NCBI RefSeq assembly: GCF_006345805.1
Contig: NC_042998.1
Location: forward strand, 39,866,001 to 39,930,000
DNA: 64,000 bases
DNA from: Octopus sinensis
Taxonomy: Eukaryota
Direction: 5' to 3'
Each line of letters starts with the position of its first letter. Positions within the stretch are counted from its first letter, which is position 1. Shown here piece by piece: positions 62,571 to 64,000 of this stretch. The notes beneath the pieces are model-generated. The model saw only the letters and a program-made list of their open reading frames with translations, had not been told where the DNA came from and did no database searches. The position numbers were made by a program, and so were the translations under genes.

Positions 62571-63185
62571 AAACATAATATTAACAAGAGCAAAATAATT
62601 TCAAAACCATCTTTATTCAGTTTTAATATTTGTTTTAATTAGTAATCAGCAGCATGTGAATTAATGTTGTTTAAAAAAACTTCTTAACTGCCAAAATACC
62701 AACACTATTGTGATAGTCAAATGTATGACTTCCCTTTAAGAAGTTTGCACACCATATTTCAAAGTACTTTTATTCTGTATCATTTGTAAGGCCTAACTTT
62801 ATAATATATGATTAAACTATTAAATTATAAGTTCACTTTGATTCCCTCACTAGCCACTCCATTATTTCTTGCCATCTCATGACATTTTTTAATCAAACAC
62901 AATTCATAGAGTTGTCCTCTTAGCAGGCAATAACTTCTAATCACCAACTTAAACTTAACCTGTCTTCTTTGTCCACAATGGATACTGTACATACTTTCTT
63001 CATCTCAAACTCTTAAGCCTTCTTTGATTTACCATTATCTACCATATTGCAGATATAGACACTCTCCTTATGTTCAACATTTTGATTGAATCCTAAATAC
63101 CAACAAAAGTAATAATTCACCTGCTTACCAACCAAGACAACATGTTACTGCTAGTTTTTCCATCCTAACAATATATACTTGTTAA

Positions 63186-63401
63186 CCATTACCATTCAGA
63201 TTACTCTGTCAAATGTAATGTTTATTTATTCACATTGTTTTGAATTAATTATGAATTACTTTGTATCTTCAAGATTTTGATGAGGTGGTTGCATATTTTT
63301 AGAATTAAATTGTAGGGTAGATGTGAGAAGCCAGATCTGGCCTGTTTGGACACAAGACAGAATAATTTGGACCAGATATGGCCAGTTTAAATGCTAAAGG
63401 G
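63186..63401 (+). mobile_element. piggyBac-like MITE (uninterrupted copy)
   Basis: ttaa|ccattaccattcagattactctgtcaaatg ... ggccagtttaaatgctaaaggg|ttaa. Confidence 0.75.
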
Positions 63402-63841
63402 TTAAAAATAATCTTTAAAATATCTTTGACATTTATGCAGATGAGCAGTTAAAAGTGAAGTTCCTGAAAATGAAACTAGAGATTGAATAAAAAAAAATAA
63501 TCAAAGGACTTGTTCGATATGACAATATGACAGTTTATTTTACTTGGGTTACAAATCACTGACATTCCAAGTATCCAGTCAGATAATAGGGAAATTTTAA
63601 TGATGAAATCAAAGGAAATTGTTTAAAAAAAATAAAAACTAATGTCATGCATACTGATGTGTTTCTGTGTGTATACTGAATTTATTTTTAAGAACACACA
63701 CAAAATTTCACATGGACACATACATGTATATACACAGACACTTTTATCTAATAAAGAGCAAAACTTTAAATCATATAAATCTCGTTTTAGAAGGCACATC
63801 AAGAAAATGTACCTTGTCACACACTCACATTACCAACGTAT

Positions 63842-64000
63842 TTAAAAGTCTGCAATGTACAGTAACCCAACGTTTGCTGTTAACCACTTGATTATGTTAA
63901 TAGAGTGCATATGTTGTAGCAAAATCTTACACACACACAAAATCATTCCGGTGATTAGCAATACAACAGAAAATGCAATATTATTTGCACTTGTATTCCA
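63842..64000 (-). CDS. Possible C-terminal coding end of a membrane protein entering from beyond the window
   Basis: Open minus frame from the window edge: WNTSANNIAFSVVLLITGMILCVCKILLQHMHSINIIKWLTANVGLLYIADF*. It has a TM-like stretch, but no family was recognised. Confidence 0.25.
   Translation of the reverse strand, partial: WNTSANNIAFSVVLLITGMILCVCKILLQHMHSINIIKWLTANVGLLYIADF

Overview
AT-rich, repeat-dense animal genomic DNA, most likely an octopus or related cephalopod. That assignment is inferred from the SINE/RTE repertoire and the abundant (TA)n, (CA)n and (GAT)n tracts. Two recognisable genes are present: RCE1 (CAAX prenyl protease 2, +, 19137-20009, no coding introns) and a three-exon ZIP7/SLC39A7 zinc transporter (-, 57372-50528). 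A third gene, largely missed by the ORF track, can be assembled by hand: four phase-compatible GT-AG exons on the - strand (36241-32248) encode the last 110 aa of a small two-cysteine protein I do not recognise; its first exon was not found. The rest is mostly decayed mobile DNA: Tx1-, CR1-, CRE- and RTE-clade LINEs, tRNA-derived SINEs, internally deleted mariners, and piggyBac-like and Tigger-like MITEs. There are also Penelope-type terminal remnants carrying minimal hammerhead-ribozyme motifs, including two head-to-head palindromic copies at about 59.9 and 61.7 kb. Most short ORFs in the track are microsatellite or repeat artefacts.
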